Below are positions 10,140 to 18,083 of a stretch of 23,421 nt of DNA, one piece after another. Location of the stretch: positions 1 to 23,421 of the forward strand of contig JBBQPO010000064.1 of assembly GCA_038217285.1 (NCBI GenBank), given 5' to 3'. How positions within the stretch are numbered: the stretch's first letter is position 1; each line of letters starts with the position of its first letter. Position numbers and translations under genes: made by a program. The stretch comes from Chthonomonadales bacterium. Its GTDB lineage: Bacteria > Armatimonadota > Chthonomonadetes > Chthonomonadales > Chthonomonadaceae. Below the pieces are notes generated by a model that worked only from the letters and a program-made list of their open reading frames with translations, searched no databases and was not told the DNA's origin.

Positions 10140-11012
10140 TTAAGTAGGCGGTATCGTTGCCATAAGCTCATGATAGGAACGTACCTTGGGACCCTTTGAT
10201 TTCGTCGCCGGGGGCTTCGCAAAAATCAACACGTACTCGTGCACGTTCTTGAATAGGAAATTCGGGGGATATGGATAGCTCCCAAAAATAGGCCGCTGTG
10301 CTCCGTAAGAACCCCATTTGCCACCTGTTCCATCTTTTGACCAGATGATTTCGTTAATCATGACGAAGCCAATTTCACGTAGGAGTATGGCGAAGTCAGT
10401 GGCGAGAGGAAAGGTCAGTAAGCCCATATCTGTATGTTGATTAACATTTGCGGTTACAAGGCAGAGTTTCCTTCCAGGCATAAGGGTCCGATAACATTCC
10501 TTCCATACGGGTCGCGTTGCTTCGAGAAACGAGGGATAATTGTCAATGCCTCCTAAATTGCTTTGTCCGTTGCCGTAATCTGCCTTGTTCCAATAGGGTG
10601 GGCTGGTTACAATTAGACCTACGCTGTTATCACATACAGATTCAAGGTGTCTACTATCGCCGTGAACGACCCGAAGGGGTATAAAATCGGGGTCATGTCC
10701 ATTGCGAAGCGACCCACAATCTTTTTGAATGATGTCGACATATTGCTCGTTTTGTTCAATGCAGATGACATGGCGCCCAAGCGGAATGGCGGCCTTTGCT
10801 GTAGTTCCTGCTCCAGCAAACGGGTCTAGTACTGTTTCGCCGTAGAAACTAAATAGCTTCGTTAGTCTGTGTGGAATCTCGACAGGAAAAACTGCCGGAT
10901 GCCCTGCATGGCTAGTGTTTGCTATGTGCCAAACGGTCTTGGTATACTCGCGCCATTCTTCTTTTGTAACCTTAGAGCGTTCTTTGAAATCCGGATTGGA
11001 AATATCAGTCAT
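10140..11012 (-). CDS. DNA amino-methyltransferase (SPPY, probably N4-cytosine), permuted motif order
   Basis: HPAVFP and VLDPFAGAGTT (motif I) come before GDS...LIVTSPPY (motif IV), IIWSK and HEYVLIFAK. ATG directly abuts the upstream TAG. Confidence 0.9.
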   Translation of the reverse strand: MTDISNPDFKERSKVTKEEWREYTKTVWHIANTSHAGHPAVFPVEIPHRLTKLFSFYGETVLDPFAGAGTTAKAAIPLGRHVICIEQNEQYVDIIQKDCGSLRNGHDPDFIPLRVVHGDSRHLESVCDNSVGLIVTSPPYWNKADYGNGQSNLGGIDNYPSFLEATRPVWKECYRTLMPGRKLCLVTANVNQHTDMGLLTFPLATDFAILLREIGFVMINEIIWSKDGTGGKWGSYGAQRPIFGSYPYPPNFLFKNVHEYVLIFAKPPATKSKGPKVRSYHELMATIPPT

Positions 11013-13178
11013 CTAGTAGAGATCCTTTGCGGTGGGTAGTTCGTACAATTCGTCTGGTTCTGCGGAAATGACAGACTCGACAAAGCTGTCAAGATTAGCC
11101 AAAAATGCCTGAGGCAATCCAACCGCCGAAATGATAATCTGGTCGATGCGCGTTTGTAACTCAGGAGCTGCAGACGCAGGAAAGGCAACAGATGTGCGAC
11201 CACGATTACAGCTTGTGGTAGGCTGCAATTGAACTTTGAGCCAAAGACTTCGCCCAAGTTCCGCCAATTCGTTCATGGTGCCCTGCTGGATTATCGCAGG
11301 ACCAATCGGCAGATCTTCCACAAACTTTTTCGTAACATGAAAGCCATCTCCCCAGACATGCCATAACCAGAACGTAATTCGGCTCGATAACACAGCGTAA
11401 ATAGCGTGTACATCCATCTGCTTTTTGCATTGGATCGCATATATTGTGTTCGTTGAAGCGGCCCCCGTTGGTTTGAATCGAGCCGGAGGCGTCATAAATA
11501 CGTTGAGGAAATTGTATGCCGTACTGGCCATAAACACGGTATTCCCGTTGGCGTTAAAGCTGGCAAGCAAATCAGAACCCGAAACAGATACCATCTCCCC
11601 GAGGCGGGCGGGCGTCTCTTCCAATCTTTGTAGTGCCCTTGATTGAAGAACACCGTTCAGTTTCGGAATACCGGTACTGATAGAACCTTTTATCTCCGTG
11701 AAACGGATGGATTTGAACAGTCGTGCCCGACTGTCTCCTCGCCACTTTAGAAGTGGACCCGTCATGATCTGGGCCTCAGAATCATTAGATTTCCGCGACC
11801 ACGCGATTATGACATTGCGGGTCTTTACGTCTTCACCGAAAAGGGCATGAGGCTGACGATCAAAAAAGCTGAACCGCCAAGTACCCGGACTACGTTCAAT
11901 AAGCTGCCGGGCGGCAATAAATTGCGGTCGATTGTTGAAGGCAATAGACAAAGGCAGAACCAGGACGCCAGAGCATTCCGGGGCAGATAACCGTACCATC
12001 TGTTCGATAAAAAGCGGATGCATATCAGAGGTATACGCTACCGGCCAAAGTGTCTTAAAATCAGTAGCCAACTGTGCAAGATATCGGCGTGGTCCGAGAG
12101 ACGCATAAGGCGGATTGCCTAGTATGATCCGAGGTCCCGTGCCGATTTGCGGGAACATGAGGTTTACAGGGCATCTGTTAGGAAGCGACGTAGCACAACC
12201 AGATTTTGCAAGATGGCCCCTCCGTAACGGATCTCGAAGAGATAGATCAACCCGTTTCGCATCTGCGATTGTATCGTCGTCACCGGCAGGTTCAAGAAGG
12301 AGTGCATCGGCAACGCACAGATTCATGCGGAGTAATTTCCATATGGCAACCGGATTATTGGGTATACTCCCCCTCTGTTTGCAAACATCATGGAGTAGTA
12401 CATAAGCGCTAGCGTCCACTGCCCACGGATCGATGTCTACGCCGAACAACGATTGTTCAACGATTGCCAGGGGATCTATATCAGGCTGCGCTGCAATCAA
12501 TAAGGACAAAGCAGCGCGGAGAAACACCCCTGTACCACAAGCCGGATCTAAGACGGTTACAGGATCAGATGGCACCAAATGGTTGAAAGCAAGTGCCGTC
12601 ATATAATCCGCAACATCAGATGGAGTGTAGAATACACCATCTGCACGCTTCTTGTCGCGGGCAATCCGCGTCGCCGGGTCACGCATAATGCTAAGTCGGC
12701 TGCCGGGACCATGTATGTCCAACAAATACGGCAGCAAATCGGCTAGTGCTATAGGTTCGCTTATTGATCGAAGCGCCGCGAGCGCATTACTATTTGACTG
12801 CCTATCAAGTGCTGTAACGATAGGCGCCAAAGAATCATTCGAGTGGGGGGAGAACCATTCGGCTGCCTCTAGTAGAGAGGCGTTATCAGGAAGTGCCTTA
12901 AGTGCGATTCCAAGAATCCATTGTGTACAGATATGCCACGCGACTAACTCAGAATCGACGCGAGCAGTTTCTACCGACCTCGATGGGCTGGACGATCTCC
13001 TCAACACTGGTGGCAACGACACGCGGCACGTATCCAGATCGGCGGCGATAGTAGCTACTGCAGCGCGAATCGGCGCGTTGTAGCCTTCCACAATACTCGA
13101 CAAGACATGCCCACGCCGAGGAGTGGATAACCGCAATTCAGGCACTTCTTCGATATGCTGCTTCGCGCTCACTTTCAT
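11013..13178 (-). CDS. Large gamma-class N6-adenine DNA methyltransferase (N-6 DNA methylase / Eco57I-M-like)
   Basis: Motif X GVFYTPSDVADYM, motif I VLDPACGTGVFL, motif II LFGVDID, motif IV ILGNPPY, and a long C-terminal region consistent with a target-recognition domain. Start uncertain (ATG 13178 or GTG 13214). Confidence 0.88.
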   Translation of the reverse strand: MKVSAKQHIEEVPELRLSTPRRGHVLSSIVEGYNAPIRAAVATIAADLDTCRVSLPPVLRRSSSPSRSVETARVDSELVAWHICTQWILGIALKALPDNASLLEAAEWFSPHSNDSLAPIVTALDRQSNSNALAALRSISEPIALADLLPYLLDIHGPGSRLSIMRDPATRIARDKKRADGVFYTPSDVADYMTALAFNHLVPSDPVTVLDPACGTGVFLRAALSLLIAAQPDIDPLAIVEQSLFGVDIDPWAVDASAYVLLHDVCKQRGSIPNNPVAIWKLLRMNLCVADALLLEPAGDDDTIADAKRVDLSLRDPLRRGHLAKSGCATSLPNRCPVNLMFPQIGTGPRIILGNPPYASLGPRRYLAQLATDFKTLWPVAYTSDMHPLFIEQMVRLSAPECSGVLVLPLSIAFNNRPQFIAARQLIERSPGTWRFSFFDRQPHALFGEDVKTRNVIIAWSRKSNDSEAQIMTGPLLKWRGDSRARLFKSIRFTEIKGSISTGIPKLNGVLQSRALQRLEETPARLGEMVSVSGSDLLASFNANGNTVFMASTAYNFLNVFMTPPARFKPTGAASTNTIYAIQCKKQMDVHAIYAVLSSRITFWLWHVWGDGFHVTKKFVEDLPIGPAIIQQGTMNELAELGRSLWLKVQLQPTTSCNRGRTSVAFPASAAPELQTRIDQIIISAVGLPQAFLANLDSFVESVISAEPDELYELPTAKDLY

Positions 13179-13387
13179 AATTGCCCTAGATATGGCGGTA
13201 CAGCGATAAAACACGTGAAGTGCTGTTTTAGGCAGAAACGCTTTACGGTGGGGTTTCTCATAGCAAGTGAAACATAGTCTCGTGAGAGAACACGTAGATT
13301 TTGCAGGGTGCCGACTGTCATCTCACGCGAATTGTCTAACCGAACAAGCGTGCATGTTGTCATGGCCATATATCCTTTTATGGATAA

Positions 13388-13406
13388 CGGTACTTACTAA
13401 GTACCG
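13388..13406. repeat. 19-bp palindrome overlapping the left end of the 80-bp element
   Basis: CGGTACTTA-C-TAAGTACCG read directly. Confidence 0.85.
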
Positions 13407-13476
13407 CTCCCAGCATGAGAGGGTCGAAAATCGCAGACTGGAAAACCGACCCTTCTTTGCTGGGAGGTCTACTTAG
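13397..13476. repeat. 80-bp element with 30-bp imperfect terminal inverted repeats (MITE-like hairpin)
   Basis: Left arm CTAAGTAccgCTCCCAGCAtgagAGGGTCG versus reverse complement of right arm CTAAGTAgacCTCCCAGCAaagaAGGGTCG: 23/30 ungapped matches, 20-nt loop. Confidence 0.8.
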
Positions 13477-13710
13477 GTACTCGTTTGTTTTGACCTCTGG
13501 GTCAGGCACCCGTATACAAATCCATAGCGAGCCAAAATCGCGCCGACAAACATCTACAATATATGCGACATCGGTGCTGGTTATTCCTCTGAGTCGGCGG
13601 TGTTAAAAATTTGAAAAGAGTATTCTGTCAAATTGCATGACGTGAGACATACGCTCAATCGCTTCAACCTAGCACGACAGGCAGGGACAAGGTAGGCGCG
13701 AGGATACACG

Positions 13711-13740
13711 GTTATAACAGACAAACGTACATTTTGTCAA
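13711..13740 (-). promoter_or_regulatory. Sigma70-type promoter facing the methyltransferase genes, with overlapping operator-like inverted repeat
   Basis: Minus strand TTGACA-N18-TATAAC with TGn extension; GACAAA-N7-TTTGTC at 13720-13738 covers the spacer and part of the -35. Confidence 0.6.
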
Positions 13741-13907
13741 GTGTGATTTACACGTATTGGAATTTGCAGGGGTTCTATATCCCTCTTCGGTAAAAGACGA
13801 GACGCCTGCTGAAAACTTGATGGTGTTAGTTTACCAGACAGATCAGGCAACCGCAAAGCCCGCACGACAAATCTTTCGGAGAGCGAAGCAGGTATCTCTG
13901 GCTCCAT
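13737..13907 (-). other. 56-codon small ORF or truncated gene remnant
   Basis: AAGGA-N5-ATG 15 nt after the BatA/vWA stop; translates MEPEIPASLSERFVVRALRLPDLSGKLTPSSFQQASRLLPKRDIEPLQIPIRVNHT. Not in the supplied ORF track. Confidence 0.4.
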
Positions 13908-13922
13908 AGTTATCCTTCTTTA

Positions 13923-16067
13923 CTAGCCGCGTCGGCCCCAGATCTGGGCGAGCAGGCTTTCGAGAAAGAGCAGCGGCAGAATCGCCCAGAGGAGCGGACG
14001 CCAGATTTCGGTGCCGTAGCGGGAGCGGTTGACGCTGGCTTCCATCTGCGCCGGAGTCGCGGCGACGGTGAAGCGACCGGAGGGAATACCCGCCGCCTGC
14101 GCGGCAGCGACAGGGTCCGCATAGGTGAGGTTGCCTTCGTCGGGGGGGCGTCCAACGGCGAAGGCGTCGGTCGTCTTGCTGTTGGCTACGGCCACGCGAT
14201 AGACGCCGGCGTGGGCGGTATCCGCATACGAAAACGTCACCCCTTGTGCGCCGAGCGTGCTGTTCTGCGCGGTCGCTTTGCCGTTCGGCGGGGTGATGCG
14301 GACCGATTTGTTGGCGTCTGTCAGGGGCAAGGAGAGAAACATGCTTTCGTCCAGGCGCAGGTTACGATGCGCCGTCGCGCCCTGCCCGAGATAGGAGAGC
14401 AACTGATAGACATACGGCACATAAACGGGCTTGAGCGGCAGTTGGTTCCAGGTCGTCCCCGCACCGCTCGCGGCGACAATGACTTTGCCCAGCCCGACCT
14501 GTCGCTCCACCAGCGCCGGATCCCCGTTGCCGAAGCGCAGAATCACCTTGGCGGATTCGTCGGCGACGGGCGCCAGCGGGTAGTAGGTCTGAAACCGCGC
14601 GCCGGAAAGATTCATGGTCGCCGTATCGCGGAAGACAGCGAGAGCCGGATGGGTGGTGGGAATGCTGTCGGGGTGGAGTGTCTGCGCGTCCTCCTCTTTC
14701 AGCGATTTGCGAGCCTCCAGTGTGGCAGGGAGCAGATTCTTCAGGTCGGCGTTGAGGCGCTTCGCATCCGTGGCGGGGCCAGGGAAAATCAGCAGTCCCC
14801 CACCCGCCTTGACATACTCCGTCAGCGCACCGATGTCTGCCGGGGCCAGTCCGGACGCGCCCGTCAGCGCCACCGCGTCGTAGTCACGCAGATTGAGATT
14901 GGTGAACGTGGCATTTTCACGCAGTTTCGGGGCGAGACTGCCCGCTTCGCCGCCGGGTGCCATGGCCGTCAGCAGATAGAACGACTCGCTCTTGGAGGGA
15001 TCGGCGGTCGGATGGGCGTCCTGCACCAGCACTTTGATACGCTCGCGGCAGCGCACGACGAACTCGGCCGCGTTGTCCCGTGTCAGGCCGTCCGTCTCCG
15101 TCAGCGCGATGCGCCCGACATGAATTCCGGGCGTCGCGATAAGCGGGGTAAAGTCCGCTGTCGTCGCACCGTTCGGAGAGATCGAGATACGGCGCGATCC
15201 CGCCGGTTTGCCATCCATCGTCAGGTTCACCAGCACATCGTTGCGTGCGCGGGAGCTGGAGTTGACGATACGGCTCTCGACCCGCGCCGGAAGATAGGGC
15301 GTCACGAGTTCGCGCCCCACGGTCGGAGCCTCGACGCTCAGGTTATCGCGCTGCGTGGGCGGCGCACCGACGGAGACCCAGGTGATCCGTGTGTCGTTCG
15401 CCAGCGCTCCCCAGACCGTCTTACCCGCGTCTTTCTGACTGGTCGCCCAGGCCGCACCCTGATCGTCGGTGAGCCAGTAGACCTCGCGAATGGGATTCTT
15501 CGACGCCTTGACCAGCCCTGCGACGACCTTCGCCGTGGTCAGGTAGTCTGTGCCCCGGTCGCTCACCTGCGCCGCTTTCAGCCGCTGGCGCACCAATTTC
15601 AGATCGTAGCTCGGCGCGCCGACCGCCTGATCGGCCTTATCGGAGAGCAGAATCAGCGAGACGGCATCGCCCTGTTTCAGCACCTTCGTCAGCAGCGTAT
15701 CCGCCGCCGCCTGCGCACGCTCGAAGCTGCTCTTCCCATCTGCGCCCCGGAAGTCCATGCTGTAAGAGTTGTCCAGCACGATCACGGCGTAGACGCGGGA
15801 GTTCTGCGAGAGCAGAGGAATCCCGAGGGAGCGCAGGACCGGACGTGCGAACGCCAGCGCGGCCAGTGCGACGATCAGCATCCGCAGCAGCAGCAGGATG
15901 ATCTCTTCGATCTGGAGGCGTCTCTTCTGCTTTTTCTGAGACTGAAGCAGAAACTCCATCGCCGCCCAGGCGATGACTTTGAGTTTGCGCCGCCGAATCA
16001 GGTGGATCAACAGCGGCATGGCGACAAGCCCGAGGGCGGCGAGAAAGGCAGGGTTCAGAAAGGGCAT
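13923..16067 (-). CDS. BatA N-terminal double-TM domain plus vWA domain membrane protein
   Basis: MPFLNPAFL...PLLIHLI...WAAMEFL...LLLLRML...AFARP BatA signature; MIDAS DNSYSM; WLTDDQ; glutamine-amidotransferase-like GGGLLIFPG region; C-terminal helix EIWRPLLWAILPLLFLESLL. Confidence 0.9.
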   Translation of the reverse strand: MPFLNPAFLAALGLVAMPLLIHLIRRRKLKVIAWAAMEFLLQSQKKQKRRLQIEEIILLLLRMLIVALAALAFARPVLRSLGIPLLSQNSRVYAVIVLDNSYSMDFRGADGKSSFERAQAAADTLLTKVLKQGDAVSLILLSDKADQAVGAPSYDLKLVRQRLKAAQVSDRGTDYLTTAKVVAGLVKASKNPIREVYWLTDDQGAAWATSQKDAGKTVWGALANDTRITWVSVGAPPTQRDNLSVEAPTVGRELVTPYLPARVESRIVNSSSRARNDVLVNLTMDGKPAGSRRISISPNGATTADFTPLIATPGIHVGRIALTETDGLTRDNAAEFVVRCRERIKVLVQDAHPTADPSKSESFYLLTAMAPGGEAGSLAPKLRENATFTNLNLRDYDAVALTGASGLAPADIGALTEYVKAGGGLLIFPGPATDAKRLNADLKNLLPATLEARKSLKEEDAQTLHPDSIPTTHPALAVFRDTATMNLSGARFQTYYPLAPVADESAKVILRFGNGDPALVERQVGLGKVIVAASGAGTTWNQLPLKPVYVPYVYQLLSYLGQGATAHRNLRLDESMFLSLPLTDANKSVRITPPNGKATAQNSTLGAQGVTFSYADTAHAGVYRVAVANSKTTDAFAVGRPPDEGNLTYADPVAAAQAAGIPSGRFTVAATPAQMEASVNRSRYGTEIWRPLLWAILPLLFLESLLAQIWGRRG

Positions 16068-16087
16068 AGTTGCGTTAGACCATCGGT

Positions 16088-16993
16088 TCAGTGGCGCTGC
16101 ATACGGTTGGCGAGATAGCGGGAGAGGGCCGCGTCGATAGGCTGGTCGGTGGGAAACTGCTGATAGTCCATGTTCAGTTCGCGACAGCCTCGCTTGAGAA
16201 TATCGAGATACTCCCCGAACACCTTGAGATACTCCCGGCGCAGAGAGTTGGGCTCGGCAGTGATCGGCGCTTCTCCCTCCATGCCCTCGAAGATGGCGGA
16301 GTCGCGGAAAGGAAACTCCAGCTCGTCCCGGTCGAGAATGTGGAATATGACGACCTCATGCCGCTTGTGACGGAAGTGCTGCAAGCCTTTCAGAATAGCA
16401 GCCGGATCCCCGAACAGATCGCTGAACAGCAGGATCATGCCCCGCCGCTTGATGCGCTCGGCAAGGTCGTGGAACGTCTCCGCCAGATCGGTTTTGGGCG
16501 CGTTGTCCTTGCGTTCAAGGATCTCCAGCAGCATCCGCATGTGGGCGCTGGTGCTGGCCGGGGGAATGTACTGCCGTACGCCAGCATCGAAGGTCGCAAG
16601 CCCGACGGCATCCCGTTGTTTCAGCAGCAGTGAGGCGATGGCCGCCGCCGTGATCGCGGCATATTCGCGCTTGGAGAGCGGGGAGTTGACGCCCTTATAG
16701 TCCATGCTCGTGCTGGCATCGACGGCGAGAGTGCCTTTGAGGTTGGTCTCCTCCTCGAACTGCTTGATATGGTAGCGATCCGAGCGGGCGTAGACCTTCC
16801 AGTCGATGTGGCGTATCTCGTCGCCGGGAACATAGTCGCGGTGCTGCGCGAACTCCACGCTACTGCCGCGATGCGGGCTCTTGTGCATACCGGTGATGAC
16901 GCCTTCCACGACGGTACGGGCGCGTATCTCCAGTTTCGAGATGCGCGCCAGCGTCTGTGGATCGGCCAGGTGGCGGGAGGTCGTGTTCAGCAT
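16088..16993 (-). CDS. DUF58 domain protein (MoxR-associated, vWA-like)
   Basis: GMHKSPHRGSSVEFAQHRDYVPGDEIRHIDWKVYAR, IKQFEEETN, VDASTSM, LFSD. Real start is ATG 16993, just after the MoxR stop. Confidence 0.93.
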   Translation of the reverse strand: MLNTTSRHLADPQTLARISKLEIRARTVVEGVITGMHKSPHRGSSVEFAQHRDYVPGDEIRHIDWKVYARSDRYHIKQFEEETNLKGTLAVDASTSMDYKGVNSPLSKREYAAITAAAIASLLLKQRDAVGLATFDAGVRQYIPPASTSAHMRMLLEILERKDNAPKTDLAETFHDLAERIKRRGMILLFSDLFGDPAAILKGLQHFRHKRHEVVIFHILDRDELEFPFRDSAIFEGMEGEAPITAEPNSLRREYLKVFGEYLDILKRGCRELNMDYQQFPTDQPIDAALSRYLANRMQRH

Positions 16994-16995
16994 TG

Positions 16996-18063
16996 CTAAC
17001 TCATCTTCCCGGTTCCCGGCTCGGTCGGGCGCGGGATATGCTTCAAAAGCCTCTCCACGATGGTGTCCGACGTGATGCCCTCCGCCTCGGCATTGAAGTT
17101 GGTCAGGATGCGATGGCGCAGAACGGGTGCGGCCACCGCGATGACGTCCTCGGTCGTGGCGTAGTTGCGGCCATAGAGCGCGGCGCGGGCTTTGGCGCCC
17201 AGGATAAGGTACTGCGAGGCACGGGGGCCGGCCCCCCAACTGATACACTCCTTGACGAACGGAGGCGCGTCGGCCTCGTTCGGACGCGTGGCCCGCACCA
17301 GCGCCATGGCGTAACGGAAAACGTGGTCGCCCACGGGAATGCGGCGCACGATGTCCTGCAGCGCGATGATGTCGTCGCCGGAGAGCGTCTGCTTGAGCTG
17401 CACCGTCTGGCCGCCCGTCGTAGCCTTCATGATCTGCAGTTCCTCTTCCGCCGACGGATAGCCGACGGTGACCATGAACATGAATCGGTCGAGTTGGGCT
17501 TCGGGCATGGGATAGGTGCCCTCCTGCTCGATAGGGTTCTGCGTGGCGAGGACGAAGAACGGCTCCGCCAGTCGGTGCGTCTGCCCGCCGACGGTGACTT
17601 TATGTTCCTGCATGGCTTCGAGGAGAGCGGCCTGCGTCTTGGGCGGGGTCCGGTTGATCTCGTCGGCGAGCAGCATATTCGCGAAGAGCGGCCCGCGCAG
17701 GAAGACGAATTTGCGCTCTCGGGTCATCTGATCTTCCTGAATGATCTCTGTGCCGGTAATGTCGGCAGGCATCAGGTCGGGCGTGAACTGAATGCGCTTG
17801 AAGTCGAGCGAAAGGATACGGGACAGGGTGCTGACCAGGAGCGTCTTGGCGAGGCCCGGCACGCCGACCAGAATGCAGTGCCCACGGGAGAAGATGGCGA
17901 TGAGGAGCTGCTCCACGACAGCCTCCTGCCCGATGACGACGCGCCCTATCTCGCTCCGCATGGCGTCGTAGGAGTCACGCAGGTGTTTCAAGCGGGTCAT
18001 GTCGTCCTGATCGGCAATACCGGGGACGGGCGGAACGGAGGTCTGGACAACAGACATCGGCAT
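16996..18063 (-). CDS. moxR: MoxR family AAA+ ATPase
   Basis: Walker [24 protein letters not shown], Walker [59 protein letters not shown]. Confidence 0.96.
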   Translation of the reverse strand: MPMSVVQTSVPPVPGIADQDDMTRLKHLRDSYDAMRSEIGRVVIGQEAVVEQLLIAIFSRGHCILVGVPGLAKTLLVSTLSRILSLDFKRIQFTPDLMPADITGTEIIQEDQMTRERKFVFLRGPLFANMLLADEINRTPPKTQAALLEAMQEHKVTVGGQTHRLAEPFFVLATQNPIEQEGTYPMPEAQLDRFMFMVTVGYPSAEEELQIMKATTGGQTVQLKQTLSGDDIIALQDIVRRIPVGDHVFRYAMALVRATRPNEADAPPFVKECISWGAGPRASQYLILGAKARAALYGRNYATTEDVIAVAAPVLRHRILTNFNAEAEGITSDTIVERLLKHIPRPTEPGTGKMS

Positions 18064-18083
18064 GGACTCTCTTTCGTAAAACG

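Larger units (their letters stand above)
8720..13910. mobile_element. Low-GC horizontally acquired defence islet (boundaries approximate; no integrase seen)
   Basis: Spot counts 30/60 GC at lines 9001 and 10861 versus 41-42/60 at lines 4201 and 15001. Ten CTAG tetramers counted inside; only two spotted outside (flanks not exhaustively scanned). Cargo is restriction-modification genes. Confidence 0.75.

Noticed and set aside
8985-13214. DISARM, BREX or Zorya assignment
   Set aside because: No helicase, DUF1998, PglZ, ATPase or motor genes; the PLD protein has its own C-terminal domain, unlike stand-alone DrmC.
13175-13369. 64-aa ORF as an RM controller (C) protein
   Set aside because: No helix-turn-helix pattern; its ATGA overlap follows automatically from the Met-Lys start of the MTase.
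14211-16118. 635-aa + strand ORF
   Set aside because: Antisense shadow of the BatA/vWA gene; Arg-rich, no motifs, typical of high-GC DNA.
16994-17248. N-terminal extension of the DUF58 ORF
   Set aside because: Lies inside moxR; family-like sequence starts at ATG 16993.
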